A stretch of 64,000 nt of DNA from positions 15,748,001 through 15,812,000 of the forward strand of contig CM060734.1 of assembly GCA_030704615.1 (NCBI GenBank). Direction: 5' to 3'. Position numbers and translations under genes: made by a program. The notes below the pieces were generated by a model. That model saw only the letters and a program-made list of their open reading frames with translations. It was not told the DNA's origin and did no database searches. This DNA comes from Takakia lepidozioides. Lineage: Eukaryota; Plantae; Bryophyta. This document shows, in pieces, positions 12,256 through 25,404 of this stretch. Numbering within the stretch: position 1 is the first letter of the stretch; every line of letters starts with the position of its first letter.

Positions 12256-15200
12256 CTACTCTCCTACACCCTCCGAGGAACTTGCCCCACCTTCTTCCTC
12301 ATCCCCCTCATCCCCCTCATCCTCCGAGCTCTGTGATGCATCATCAGTTTCCACTATGCCTCTCAAAAATCCCGTCCTCTCCTTGGGGGACTGTCCACCT
12401 CACCTCCTGGGAATCTTCTGCGTCTTCTCCCCCACTTTCCTCAGCAGAATCCAACACAAATCTACGAGCCCGACGGGCTCTAATAGCTGCTGCCTTCTCC
12501 CTCATCTTCATTTTCTTGAGGCTTGCCTCGTCTAAAATCTGCTGTACACGACTACGTTCGGAACACCTCCTAATGGACACCGAAGCAAGCCGGGCAGCAT
12601 AAGTAGGAAGGATGTACTCCCTTTCTGGACTAGGCATGAAATCCCCCCTGGCAAAAAAAGGCACGTTCATCCTGCCCATGAACTCCGGTGTAGACGTCCC
12701 TTCGGCAGTACTTGGCATCCTACAGTAAGAACAAATCCACTTGAAGAATGTCAATACCAGCACAACCAGAAAGGGTTTTCAATGAAATAAGAGAGCGAGG
12801 GAGTGCCTCCTCACAAAATCTGGAGGCAACTTACAATGCCACCACTCACTCGTAAACCGGGGCTCCTCGGCCTCGATCCCAACTTCCTCCCCCTGCTCCT
12901 TCTCGGATTTTTCCTCATCCTCCGAGGATGCCTCTTCCTCTTTCGGCAGACGTTCAGCCGCTGCAAGTTCCGAGTTGTGGAGGGTAGTATCTGGCTCGAA
13001 GGCGAACACATGCCTGTCGGACAACGTCCTGCCCACATTGAAGCACCTGAGGAACAAAGCGGGCGGTTAATAGCTTGCGGCATGCAATTGCAATGGGGCC
13101 AGGGGACAAACTGAGCACGTGAAGGCTTACCCGTGCCGCATGTGAGGTCCAGAATCCGCCCTTGGACATCCGAGCACGTCTCCATGAGGGTTTGGATGAA
13201 AGCAGGGCTCCGGGTCCGGCTGTACCGCCACGGTTTGCCTGTCTTTGTGTCCTTCGGCATACTAGAGTGGGGCACATAGTTGTAGAGGACATCGTAGGTT
13301 ACAAGGTCCATAGCGGCATCAACAAGACGACCGTCGTTGCGGAATTTGAACGTAGACCCTCTTTTCACAAAGCAATATGCCTCAAACACCAATGTCTGCA
13401 CATCCAACAAAGAAGGGATCAATTCCAGGGTCTACTTAACATACACCACAATATGAAGTGAATGCAATAGATTGATAACTTACACTTTGGCCCTCTGTTC
13501 GCAACCCTGCGTACTGATGCAGAACCATTTTCTGAGAGGACCGGGTGACACTTTTCGGTGTCCACCTTGCCACCGCATTCTCTGTGGTCTTCCCTCTCGT
13601 GGCAAGGACAACCACACATCCACCGTCATCCAGAAGCATCCCCGCCAGCCCAAACCCGGCTTTCCAGTAGTCCTCAGTAAACCCGTTCCAGGTGGCACAC
13701 CATCCAGGCCCTCCAGCAGCTCCCCATCTGGAATGTCGAGGAGAATCATGTCGCAAGCTCTCTCCACCTCAAACCCCCCCCGAGTGCTCTTGCAATTCGT
13801 GCTCACAGCCGTGAAGAATTCCATCATGGCTTCAAACCAGGGTGTCTTTAGGCTCTGTACCGGCAGCCTCTTCTTGGCTTTCCCCTTCTGCTCCGCCAGA
13901 GACTTGTTGTGTGCCACCTTCTTCGCCCTGGCAGCGAGAGCGTCAAGGAAGCTCTCATTGACGCATTGGATGATGGTTGGAGGTTCTAGCTTTGGCCTGT
14001 GCGTAAACGTCACCGCCGAATACCGCCGTGTAGGCTCGCCCTCAAATGCCAACTTCTTGGGAGCCAGTCCCACTCCGAACTGACTTGGGAACCCGGACGA
14101 CCGGTGACTGGGTAGGAGCAACAGCAGTCACAGGACCTTGAACAAAATCGGCGTCGGAGTCACTCTCTTGGTTCCCCTCCTGCGCCTCCTCCGATGCCCC
14201 GATGGTTTTTCTTCTTTTTGGGGTTACTGCAGTCACCTGTTTCCTTGTCCTTTTCCTTTGACCTTTACTCTTCTCATGCAATTTCTCCTGAATTCCTGCC
14301 TGAGCAAGCTCTGCCGCTTTCCTGGAGTTCGCAAGCGCTTTTGCCTCTTTTGCACCCAACGGGCAGCGGAGCCCGGTTTCGTCGGAATTCAGCATCCAGC
14401 TTCAATTGAAACTCGGATGGGTCGAGCGAGCCGGGCGGAAGGTCCACATACCAAGGGCAATCACGCAAATGTTCCAGATGCCACTCCTTCACAATATCGT
14501 CAGTGTACATGGTCAGCCCCAGGGTTCCTCCATGCCAGGAAGAATGGTGGCTCGAAAGACAGATGACCTTTCTCCAAAAGGGAGAACTTACAGTACCTGC
14601 ATTCATGAAAAACACAATGAGGTCCGAAAATGGCTAAGTCCCTGAACGGCAATAGGGCCTACAATTGGAATATGGCGCCGAATTTTCCACTTCAGGCCAC
14701 CCGTCTAGGACTTAGCCCGAAAAGGCTAAGTCCCTGAACGGCAATACGGCCTGGAACTGGAAAATGGCGCCGAATTTCCAGTTAGGCCAGCCAGTCTAGG
14801 GACTTAGCCCAAAAATGGCTAAGTCCCCTGGACGGCAATAGGCCCTAAACTGGAAAACGCGCCGGTTTCCAGTTCCGGGCCAGCCCACCTAGGGACTTAG
14901 CCCGAAATGGCTAAGTCCCTGGACGGGCAATAGGGCCTAGAACTGGAAACGGCGCCGAATTTCCAGTTCCGGGCCAGCCACACTAGGGACTTAGCCCGAA
15001 ATGGCTAAGTCCTTGGACGGCAATAGGGCCTAGAACTGGAAAACGGCGCCGAATTTCCAGTTCCTGGCCAGCCACCGTAGGGACTTAGACCGAAAATGGC
15101 TAAGTCCCTGGACGGCAATAGGGCCTGGAACTGGAATGGCGCGAATTTCCACTTCAGGGCCAGCCAGTCTAGGGACTTAGCCCGAAAATGGCTAAGTCCT

Positions 15201-18200
15201 GAACGCAATACGGCCTGGAACTGGAAGGGCGCCGAATTTCCAGTTCAGGGCAGCCAGTCTAGGGACTTAGCCCGAAAATGGCTAAGTCCCTGGACGGCAA
15301 TAGGGCCTAGAACTGGAAAACGGCGCCGAATTTCCAGTTGCGGGCCAGCCACACTAGGACTTAGGCCGAAAATGGCTAAGTCCTGAACGGCAATAGGGCC
15401 TAAAACTGGAATATGGCCGAATTTCACTTCAGGGCCAGCCAGTCTAGGGACTTAGGCCAAAAAAATGGCTAAGTCCCTGAACGGCAATAGGGCCTGGAAC
15501 TGGAAATGGCGGCCGAATTTCCAGTTCCGGCCAGCCAGTCTAGGGACTTAGCCATTTTCGGAGCCCTGACTGGAAATTCGGCGCCATTTTCCCTAACACC
15601 ACTTGAGGCCTAACCATCCCGAATGCCAGGACTGAAGAAAGCAGCGCGTATGTACCTGTACAGAAGGCGCATTGCTGGCTTGTCCGCGTTCGCTGGTCGG
15701 TGAACTCGTGGCTCCGGCGAGCATCTGCTATCTCCCGAAAGAATAGGTTGTTTTGTAGAGCAGAAAGTACCTCTCGTCACATAGTCACGTAGGCTCTGCT
15801 GCAGGGATTCTCCATCTTGAACTGATGTGCTTGTGTGCTCCAGCTGCTCTTTTCGTTCGTCGTCACCTGTGGAGATTGTCCATCAGATCGCTTTCCTCAA
15901 AATACAATGAATCCACCCCCCCCTACTAGAGTAGAAGCCCCAAACGAAGCGTGGGGAAGTACCCTGAAACCCACCATGTCATGCGGTTCATATCCACATG
16001 TCGAATGTGGGGGGGTCAGAGAGTTTGTCCGGTTTGGGGAAGCTCCACATGTCCCTGGTACTTTGGGAACCATTCCAGATTTGGAGCCACCGGGTCTGTC
16101 CAACCACCCAGCATATTCGTAAGCGCCAAACACCACAAAAAGGAGTTGTTGCCACCACAATTTTGTTAAGAATGTATCACCTTTTCTGTTGCATCCACAC
16201 AGGATGTGGCTAGACGATGGAGCTTCTCCAATGTCATCGTGGGCTTCAGAGCGCGAGAGTAGTGCTTCCTCCACCAGAAAGTCGGCACCAAGGGCGGGAT
16301 CAGCTATGGCCACGTACTTTACCATCCGCGACTTGTACTTTATGCGGGCCCTCACCTCCGCAGCTTTGACATACGATTCGAGTTCCGGGAGGGTTGGATT
16401 CTTTCTCCTCTGACTCCATGTAGAACCTCCGCGCATGTGCCAAATCCTGCTGTATTTTCGTCTGTCAAGAATGCGCACATAAGATTAGAGATCCTGCTCA
16501 ACACAATTTCTTCTATTGGGGGAGGAGAGACAGATTAGCTCAACAAAACTGTCAGGAGCTTTACCGAAATATGTAGTCCACCATGGCGTCGACGCTCAGC
16601 CTATTCTGTCTGCCTTTGCCTCCGACTTGCGCAGGAGGTCGGCACTGAGGGAATTGGCAAACTCTTGCACCCCCTGCTTCCCGACATCCTTCACTCGGAA
16701 GAGCATATGGGACAAGGTGGCAATGAAGGCATTCTCAGTCACCCTGCAGTGCCACATTTCCATCAAACAATACTGAAATGGGAATTTTCATCATATATGA
16801 GGATTCGCAATGAAATGACTTCCAAATTCAAAGTCCAAAAGCGAGAGGGGTTGTAGCTTACGAGTTGATGTCGGCCATTGCAGCTTTGAGAAGACTGCGA
16901 TCTTTGGGCCCCGCAACACAATCGACGGCGAAATGCCAATCGAGATCGTTGGGTGGGCTTGGGCAATGTGCTCCATCCATGCCAGGAGGCGATGATTGCC
17001 GTCCCACACGTAGAACATCTTACCGGACATGTGCTGGAAAAGAGGATCACTAGCAATCGATCTCTCGAACTCCTCATTTCGCGTTTGCCAATGGGGACCC
17101 CATTTGTCCACCTCATCGGAAGTGTGGGCACGGGAAGCTCCGTGGTCGTTCTCAATGGAAACGTAAAAGGCGGCAGACCCCATTCGATATCCATCCCGGA
17201 AAGAGAATTTCAGCTTGTCGATATCGCCTGGAGGGCAGGTCTCACCACCTGCAATGACACCAAGCGGCAAAGGGGAATTCGAAGCTTGGCCGGGTACACC
17301 ATGCCCCCCAGCACCCTGCCAATGTTGCTGTGGGTTGCCTCCAACATCTTGGCAGCGGCCAACTTCATATCCGCCTCAGACATGACGTCTGCTGCAGAGG
17401 GGTTTTCCGGCAGCCCACCAGGACCGCCAAATCCAGCCTGTATGCTCCGGGTTTGGGGCCTGGGGATGTCCGGGAGGATGTCATCCTGGTCAGAAACCTC
17501 CATGTCGTCCTCCTCAACAGGGTCAGCCACCTGCAAAACCACCTCCAGCACTCTCGTCGTCTCTACTGCCCTCTCCCTGGCTTCACCTCGAACTTGCACA
17601 ATCCGTGCTCTTTCAGGTGTTCTTTCCTCTCCTCCACTCTCCACCGTATGGGTAATTGCGGGGGCTGCTCTTGCCCGCGATGGTCTAACCGGTGTGCTAC
17701 TGCCTCTCTGTGGTGTCTTGTAGGGATCCACCGTCTCTGTGGGTCCCTCGCTTACATTGGCATCTGTCATTTGGGCACCCCTGGCCTCTTCAGCTGCCTT
17801 TTGTCTTTCCTCCTGGCTAGCATTCTGTCTCGTCTGTTCTTTTGCCCTCTCTTTTGCCCTCTCACGGGCTTTCTGTTTCTTACTAGGGCTAGCAGCAGGG
17901 GAGCCCTCCAGGACGACCACCTTTGATTGAGGCGAACTGACACCCTCGCGCGCACTGCTCACTCCCCCCTCCGCAGCCCGTGACTGCTCTCTCGCCGGGG
18001 ATTGCATGTGCTTAGCTTTCTTCTTTTTCTTGCGTGGGCGGGCCCTACTGCATGTGCATGAACAACCTCCATTGCCGGATCTGCTGTCCTCATGTCCTCA
18101 CGCCCTTCACCTGCCATGCCGCCTGCACCAACCTCCCCAATGCCTACTCTGTCGTAATCTCGTTGCAAGTCCTCCCGTCCACCAACAAAAGGTTTAAGTT

Positions 18201-18824
18201 TGCCCTCTCGCCCCAAGTTGGGCGATTCAAACATGCGATGAGTTGGAGCTGTCGATGATACCACCAGCGTGCCGGGCTCGTCGTCACTCTGTCATTGACA
18301 AAAATCGTGAAAACCAACATCGGTGCAAAAAGCAGCATCGCAACGAGCAGCGCAACCACCATAGCAACAATCATGTAGCAAAAATGAAAACATAACAAGT
18401 TTAGGAAGTATGGAGAGCCATGCAACAACAATGAAAACAAATGCAACCATTGCCTAAGAATGACATGCACAAGCAGCCTTCTCCAGAGCTGCCGGATTTG
18501 CACACGCATTGCAAACAATCTAAGGTTCACTCAACTATCTAAAGTTCACTCATACAGCAAAGCCAGGATGAAGATGCAAAAACAAAGCGAGGTAACAAAG
18601 CGAAAGCAAAAAATAAATCGAACAAACCGAAAGCAGAAGTGGCTTGCCTGAGAGTACTCGGCTTCAGTTGGCGCAGGTTGTGAGCAAGACACTGGAATCT
18701 CCTGCTGGAGCTTCAGTTTGGCCATGCGAGAGATTGGCCGTCGTCCGTAGTACAGAGCTTTCAACTTCCGCCGCGGTCTGGATGTGAGGTCTCTCTCAGG
18801 AGAGCCACGCCCTTCAGGCGGCAT
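12256..18824 (-). pseudogene. ParB/Srx-like domain + beta-class amino-DNA-methyltransferase-like gene, copy A (multi-exon, many frameshifts)
   Basis: ORF pieces MPPEGRG..., FYVWDGNHRLLAW, DMILLDIPDG, RILDLTCGTG and an acidic tail. Same exon layout as copy C. Confidence 0.85.
14625..15592. repeat. Intronic tandem array, ~93-95-bp internally palindromic unit, ~10 copies
   Basis: Unit GGCTAAGTCCCT...CTGGAAAATGGCGCCGAATTTCCAG...AGGGACTTAGCC. It lies in the intron between the ...AMRLLYR and YCKFS... exons. Confidence 0.93.
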
Positions 18825-19132
18825 AAGTCCCAGCCAAAAAGATCTCTTTTTTGGGGTACATGCCTGGAATACCATGTTAAGCCAAGTTTAGCATGAGATT
18901 TAGGGTACGTGTCCAGGAAGCCATGCGTCGCCAGCCCGAATAATAACCGACGGCCGTCGACATTTATTGCCCAACTGCGCAATTAAATGTCGGATGAAGC
19001 CCTCCATGTCGGATGAAAATCGACGTAAACAGTCCCGGAATTTCCAACGTAGAGGTAATTCGGAGCGTTGCACGATGGAATTCCGTCGACGGATTTCCAT
19101 CCTGCAGGTAATTCGGAGCGCAGCAGGATGGA

Positions 19133-19749
19133 TGCTGTAGTCCAGCCCTGCCAGCTCCGACCGGTGTCCCTCCAGGTGAAGCCCTCGCAAAATTTCTAGA
19201 ATAGATCGAACTGCGGTGCTCGTGCTGGAATATGACTCCCTCCTCCACTGACGTCCATTGAGGACTTGCCTGATCTCCAGGACGACCTCGGAACTTCCAT
19301 GACCTCGTCTGAGTCGGACAGGTTGTGAACAACCCGGTTCTCGGTCGTCTTCATGGATGGGTTCGGCTCTGGATTTACTTCGTTGCGGACTTCTATCTTT
19401 GAGGTACCCACTCTCTGATTCGCGGATTGTTTCGTGGAAGGCGCCAGGATAGACGGTGCATTTGGCGGGCAAATGAAGTCCCCAACAGCCCTGTATATGA
19501 CGCTGTCCGATGGTGGAACTCGCCATTCCCTGCCATCGCCGAAATCATCGTGGAGCACAACAATACTCTCGACAACAAGGCCGTTTGAGTCCTTCCTTTC
19601 CTCCTCCAAAAAAAAACCGACCCCGGTTTCAGGTGGTATCGAACGCACAGATATTTCTCCATCACCCGGCAGGTGTCCCCTCTGCACGGAAATGAAGCTC
19701 TATGCTCGTGAGGAAGGCAGTACACTGTAGCGCTCGGGTTTTCCGCCAT
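19133..19749 (-). pseudogene. 5' fragment of MULE transposase
   Basis: MAENPSATVYC...EEERKDSNGLVVESIVVLHDDFGDG..., truncated after ELAGLDYS. Confidence 0.85.
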
Positions 19750-20651
19750 GGGATGTGCACACAAGACTGCCAGGATGGCGTGCGGGGAAGCTCCCTGGTA
19801 GAAGGGGGTGCAGCGATGGGAATGAAGGTAATTCTCATCTGGGAATTACCTGCACGAAGGTAATTCTTATATGGAAATTACCTGCACGAAGGTAATTCCT
19901 CGCGCAGAAATACATGGCGAATGGAAATTCGGCGCCGAATATCCATACGGCACCGATCGACTTACCTGCTGGATGGAAATTCGGCGCCGAATCTCCATCC
20001 ATCCGAGATTCCACTTACCTGCTGGATGGAAATTCGGCGCCGAATTTCCATTCATCCGGGATTCGAATATCTGCAGGATGGAAATTCGGCGCCGAAATTT
20101 ACTGTGAGGGAAATTTTGGCGCACCGCCCTACCTGCGCGGATGGAAATTCGGCGCCGGATTTCCATCCGCGCGCTTCCGAATTACCTGCGTGAGGGAAAT
20201 TTCCACCGCCTACCTCCGCGGATGGAAATTTCGGCGCCGGATTTCCATGCGCTTCCGAATTACCTGCGTGAGGGAAATTTCCAGCGCCGCCCTACCTCCG
20301 CGGATGGAAATTCGGCGCCGGATTTCCATCCGCGCGCTTCCGAATTACCTGCGTGAGGGAAATTTCCAGCGCCGCCCTACCTCCGCGGATGGAAATTCGG
20401 CGCCGGATTTCCATCCGCGGGCTTCCGAATTACCTGCGTGAGGGAAATTTGGCGCACCGCCCTACCTGCGCGGATGGAAATTCGGCGCCGGATTTCCATC
20501 CGCGCGCTTCCGAATTACCTGCCTGAGGGAATTTCCAGCGCGCCCTACCTCCGGATGGAAATTCGGCGCCGGATTTCCATCCGCGCGCTTCCGAATTACC
20601 TGCGTGAGGGAAATTTCCAGCGCCGCCCTACCTCCGCGGATGGAAATTCGG
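19133..20651 (-). mobile_element. Inverted, internally deleted MULE fragment (transposase 5' end plus central repeats)
   Basis: 19133-19826 is the reverse complement of ~27484-28160. 19824-20651 is central-array sequence in the orientation opposite to ~25440-26000. Confidence 0.85.
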
Positions 20652-23600
20652 CGCCAGAGACTTGTTGTGTGCCACCTTCTTCGCCCTGGCAGCGAGAGCG
20701 TCAAGGAAGCTCTCATTGACGCATTGGATGATGGTTGGAGGTTCTAGCTTTGGCCTGTGCGTAAACGTCACCGCCGAATACCGGCGTGGTAGGCTCGCCC
20801 TCAAATGCCACTTCTTGGCAGAGCCAGTCCCCCACTCCGAACTGACTTGGGAACCCGGACGACCGGTGACTGGGTAGGAGCAACAGCGTCGAAGGACCTT
20901 GAACGAAGTCGTCGTCCGAGTCACTCTCTTGGGTCCCCTCCTGCGCCTCCTCCGATGCCCCGATGGTTTTCTTCTTTTGGGTGTTTACTGCAGTCACCTG
21001 TTTCCTTGTCCTTTCCTTTGACCTTTACTCTTCTCATGCAATTTCTCCTGAATTCCTGCCTGAGCAAGCTCTGCCGCTTTCCTGGAGTTCGCAAGCGCTT
21101 TTGCCTCTTTTGCACCCAATGGAGGTAGCGGAGCCCGGTTTCGTCGGATTCAGCATCCAGCTTCAATTGAAACTCGGATGGGTCGAGCGAGCCGGGCGGA
21201 AGGTCCACATACCAAGGGCAATCACGCAAATGTTCCAAATGCCACCCTTCACAATATCGTCAGTGTACATGGAGTCAGCCCAGGGTTCCTCCATGCCAGG
21301 AAGAATTGGCTCGAAAAGACAGATGACCTTTCTCCAAAAGGGAGAACTTACAAATACCTGCATTCATGAAAAACACAATGAGGTCCGAAATGGCTAAGTC
21401 CCTGAACGGCAATAGGGCCTACAACTGGAAAATGGCGCCGAATTTCCACTTCAGGGCCAGCCAGTCTAGGGACTTAGCCGAAAATGGCTAAGTCCCTGAA
21501 CGGCAATAGGGCCTGGAACTGGAAAATGGCGCCGAATTTCCAGTTCAGGGCCAACCAGTCGAGGGACTTAGCCCGAAAATGGCTAAGTCCCTGGACGGCA
21601 ATAGGGCCTAGAACTGGAAAACGGTCGCCGAATTTCCAGTTCCGGGCCAGCCACCCTAGGGACTTAGCCGAAAATGGCTAAGTCCCTGGACGGCAATAGG
21701 GCCTAGAACTGGAAAACGGCGCCGAATTTCCAGTTCCGGGCCAGCCACCTAGGGACTTAGCCCGAAAATGGCTAAGTCCCTGGACGGCAATAGGGCCTGG
21801 AACTGGAAAATGGCGCCGAATTTCCAGTTCCGGGCAAGCCAGTCTAGGGACTTAGCCATTTTCGGAGCCCTGACTGGAAATTCGGCGCCATTTTCCCTAA
21901 CACCACTTGAGGCCTCTAACATCCTGAAATGCCAGGACTTGAAAGAAAGGCAGCGCGTATGTACCTGTACAGAAGGCGCATTGCTGCTTTGTCCGCGTTC
22001 GGCTGGTCGGTGAACTCGTGGCTCCGGCGAGCATCTGCTATCTCCCGAAAGAATAGGTTGGTTTTGTAGAGCAGAAAGTACCTCGTCACATAGTCACGTA
22101 GGCTCTCTGCTGCAGGAGATATCTCCATCTTGAACTGATGTGCTTGTGTGTCCAGCTGCTCTTGCGCATTCGTCGTCACCTGTGGAGATTGTCCATCAGA
22201 TCGCTTTCCTCAAAAAATACAATGAATCCACCCCCTACTAGAGTAGAAGCCCCAAACGAAGCGTGGGGAAGTACCTGAAACCACCATGTCATGCGGTTCA
22301 TCACATGTCGAATGTGGGGTCAGAGAGTTTGTCCGGTTTGGGGAAGCTCCACATGTCCCTGGTACTTTGGGAACCATTCCAGATTTGGAGCCACCGGGTC
22401 TGTCCAACCACCCAGCATATTCGTAAGCGCCAAACACCACAAAAAGGAGTTGTTGCCACCACAATTTTGTTAAGAATGTATCACCTTTTCTGTTGCATCC
22501 ACACAGGATGTGGCTAGACGATGGAGCTTCTCCAATGTCATCGTGGGCTTCAGAGCGCGAGAGTAGTGCTTCCCCACCTCCACCAGAAAGTCGGCACCAA
22601 GGGCGGGATCAGCTATGGCCACGTACTTTACCATCCGCGACTTGTACTTTATGCGGGCCCTCACCTCCGCAGCTTTGACATACGATTCGAGTTCCGGGAG
22701 GGTTGGATTCTTCTCCTCTGACTCCATGTAGAACCTCCGCGCATGTGCCAAATCCTGCTGTATTTTCGTCTGTCAAGAATGCGCACATAAGATTAGAGAT
22801 CCTGCTCAACACAATTTCTTCTATTGGGGGAGGAGAGACAGATTAGCTCAACAAAACTGTCAGGAGCTTTACCCGAAATATGTAGTCCACCATGGCGTCG
22901 ACGCTCAGCCTATACCAGGTTCTGTCTGCCTTTGCCTCCGACTTGCGCAGGAGGTCGGCACTGAGGGAATTGGCAAACTCTTGCACCCCCTGCTTCCCGA
23001 CATCCTTCACTCGGAAGAGCATATGGGACAAGTTGGTGGCAATGAAGGCATTCTCAGTCACCCTGCAGTGCCACATTTCCATCAAACAATACTGAAATGG
23101 GAATTTTCATCATATATGAGGATTCGCAATGAAATGACTTCCAAATTCAAAGTCCAAAAGCGAGAGGGGTTGTAGCTTACGAGTTGATGTCGGCCATGCA
23201 GCTTTGAGAAGACTGCGATCTTTGGGCCCCGCAACCTTCAGCACAACACAATCCACGGCGAAATGCCAATCGAGGTCGTTGGGGTGGGCTTGGGCAATGT
23301 GCTCCATCCATGCCAGGAGGCGATGATTGCCGTCCCACACGTAGAACATCTTACCGGACAAGTGCTGGAAAAGAGGATCACTAGCAATCGATCACTAGCA
23401 ATCGATCTCTCGAACTCCTCATTTCGCGTTTGCCAATGGGGACCCCATTTGTCCACCTCATCGGAAGTGTGGGCACGGGAAGCTCCGTGGTCGTTCTCAA
23501 TGGAAACGTAAAAGGCGGCAGACCCCATTCGATATCCATCCCGGAAAGAGAATTTCAGCTTGTCGATATCGCCTGGGAGGGCAGGTCTCACCACCTGCAA

Positions 23601-25162
23601 TGACACCAAGCGGCAAAGGGGAATTCGAAGCTTGGCCGGGTACACCATGCCCCCCAGCACCCTGCCAATGTTGCTGTGGGTTGCCTCCAACATCTTGGCA
23701 GCGGCCAACTTCATATCCGCCTCAGACATGACGTCTGCTGCAGAGGGGTTTTCCGGCAGCCCACCAGGACCGCCAAATCCAGCCTGTATGCTCCGGGTTT
23801 GGGGCCTGGGGATGTCCGGGAGGATGTCATCCTGGTCAGAAAGCTCCTTGTCGTCCTCCTCAACAGGGTCAGCCACCTGCGAAACCACCTCCAGCACTCT
23901 CCCCGTCTCTACTGCCCTCTCCCTGGCTTCACCTCGAACTTGCACAATCCGTGCTCTTTCAGGTGTTCTTTCCTCTCCTCCACTCTCCACCGTATGGGTA
24001 ATTGCGGGGGCTGCTCTTGCCCGCGATGGTCTAACCGGTGTGTTACTGCCTCTCTGTGGTGTCTTGGAGGATCCACCGTCTCTGTGCGTCCCTCGCTTAC
24101 ATTGGCATCTGTCATTTGGGCACCCCTGGCCTCTTCAGCTGCCTTTTCTCTTTCCTCCTGGCTAGCATTCTGTCTCGTCTGTCTTTTGCCCTCTCTTTTG
24201 CCCTCTCACGGGCTTTCTGTTTCTTACTAGGGCTAGCAGCAGGGGAGCCCTCCAGGACGACCACCTTTGATTGAGGCGAACTGACACCCTCGCGCGCACT
24301 GCTCACTCCCCCTCCGCAGCCCGTGACTGCTCTCTCGCCGGGGATTGCATGTGCTTAGCTTTCTTCTTTTTCTTTGCGTGGGCGGGCCCTACTGCATGTG
24401 CATGAACAACCTCCATTGCCGGATCTGCTGTCCTCATGTCCTCACGCCCTTCACCTGCCATGCCCTGCACCAACCTCCCCAATGCCTACTCTGTCGTACT
24501 CTCGTTGCAAGTCCTCCCGTCCACCAACAAAAGGTTTAAGTTTGCCCTCTCGCCCCAAGTTGGGCGATTCAAATGCGATGAGTTGGAGCTGTCGATGATA
24601 CCACCAGCGTGCCGGGCTCGTCGTCACTCTGTCATTGACAAAAATCGTGAAAACCAACATCGGTGCAAAAAGCAGCATCGCAACGAGCACGCAACCACCA
24701 TAGCAACAATCGTGTAGCAAAAATGAAAACATAACAAGTTTAGGAAGTATGGAGAGCCATGCAACAACAATGAAAACAAATGCAACCATTGCCTGAGAAT
24801 GACATGCACAAGCAGCCTTCTCCAGAGCTGCCGGATTTGCACACGCATTGCAAACAATCTAAGGTTCACTCAACTATCTAAGTTCACTCATACAGCGAAA
24901 CCAGGATGAAGATGCAAAAACAAAGCGAGGTAACAAAGCGAAAGCAAAAAATAAATCGAACAAACCGAAAGCAGAAGTGGCTTGCCTGAGAGTACTCGGC
25001 TTCAGTTGGCGCAGGTTGTGAGCAAGACACTGGAATCTCCTGCTGGAGCTTCAGTTTGGCCATGCGAGAGATTGGCCGTCGTCCGTAGTACAGAGCTTTC
25101 AACTTCCGCCGCGGTCTGGATGTGAGGTCTCTCTCAGGAGAGCCACGCCCTTCAGGCGGCAT
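20652..25162 (-). pseudogene. ParB-MTase-like gene, copy B (3'-truncated, MTase motifs missing)
   Basis: ATG at 25162 (MPPEGRG), ParB motif FYVWDGNHR near 23330, broken at 20652 upstream of DIPDG. Confidence 0.85.
21385..21897. repeat. Intronic ~95-bp tandem array, ~5 units
   Basis: Same unit as 14625-15592. Confidence 0.92.
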
Positions 25163-25404
25163 AAAGTCCCAGCCAAAAGATCTCCTTTTTTGGGGTACAT
25201 GCCTCGAATAGCATGTTAAGCCAAGATAGCATGAGATTTAGGGTACGTGTCCAGGAAGCCATGCGTCGCCAGCCCGAATGATAACCGACGGCGGTCGACA
25301 TTTATTGCCCAACTGCGCAATTAAATGTCGGATGAAGCCCTCCATCGATGAAAATCGACGTAACAGTCCCGGAATTTCCAACGTAGAGGTAATTCGGCGC
25401 TGCA

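Larger units (their letters stand above)
12005..19132 (+). mobile_element. MULE copy A: left TIR, ParB-MTase gene and upstream region; breaks off in the central repeats
   Basis: Starts GGGGGCTGCTATTTCATGAGCGGCATGAGC, identical to the end at 48959, and is collinear with 48959-55800. Confidence 0.92.

Noticed and set aside
19867-20719. ORFs with repeated MEIRRRISI / GWKFGAEFP / DGNSAPNF peptides (also 25.3-27.3, 40-41.8 and 55.6-56.8 kb)
   Set aside because: They are translations of the palindromic DNA repeat, appear in all frames on both strands, and are not frame-conserved between copies.
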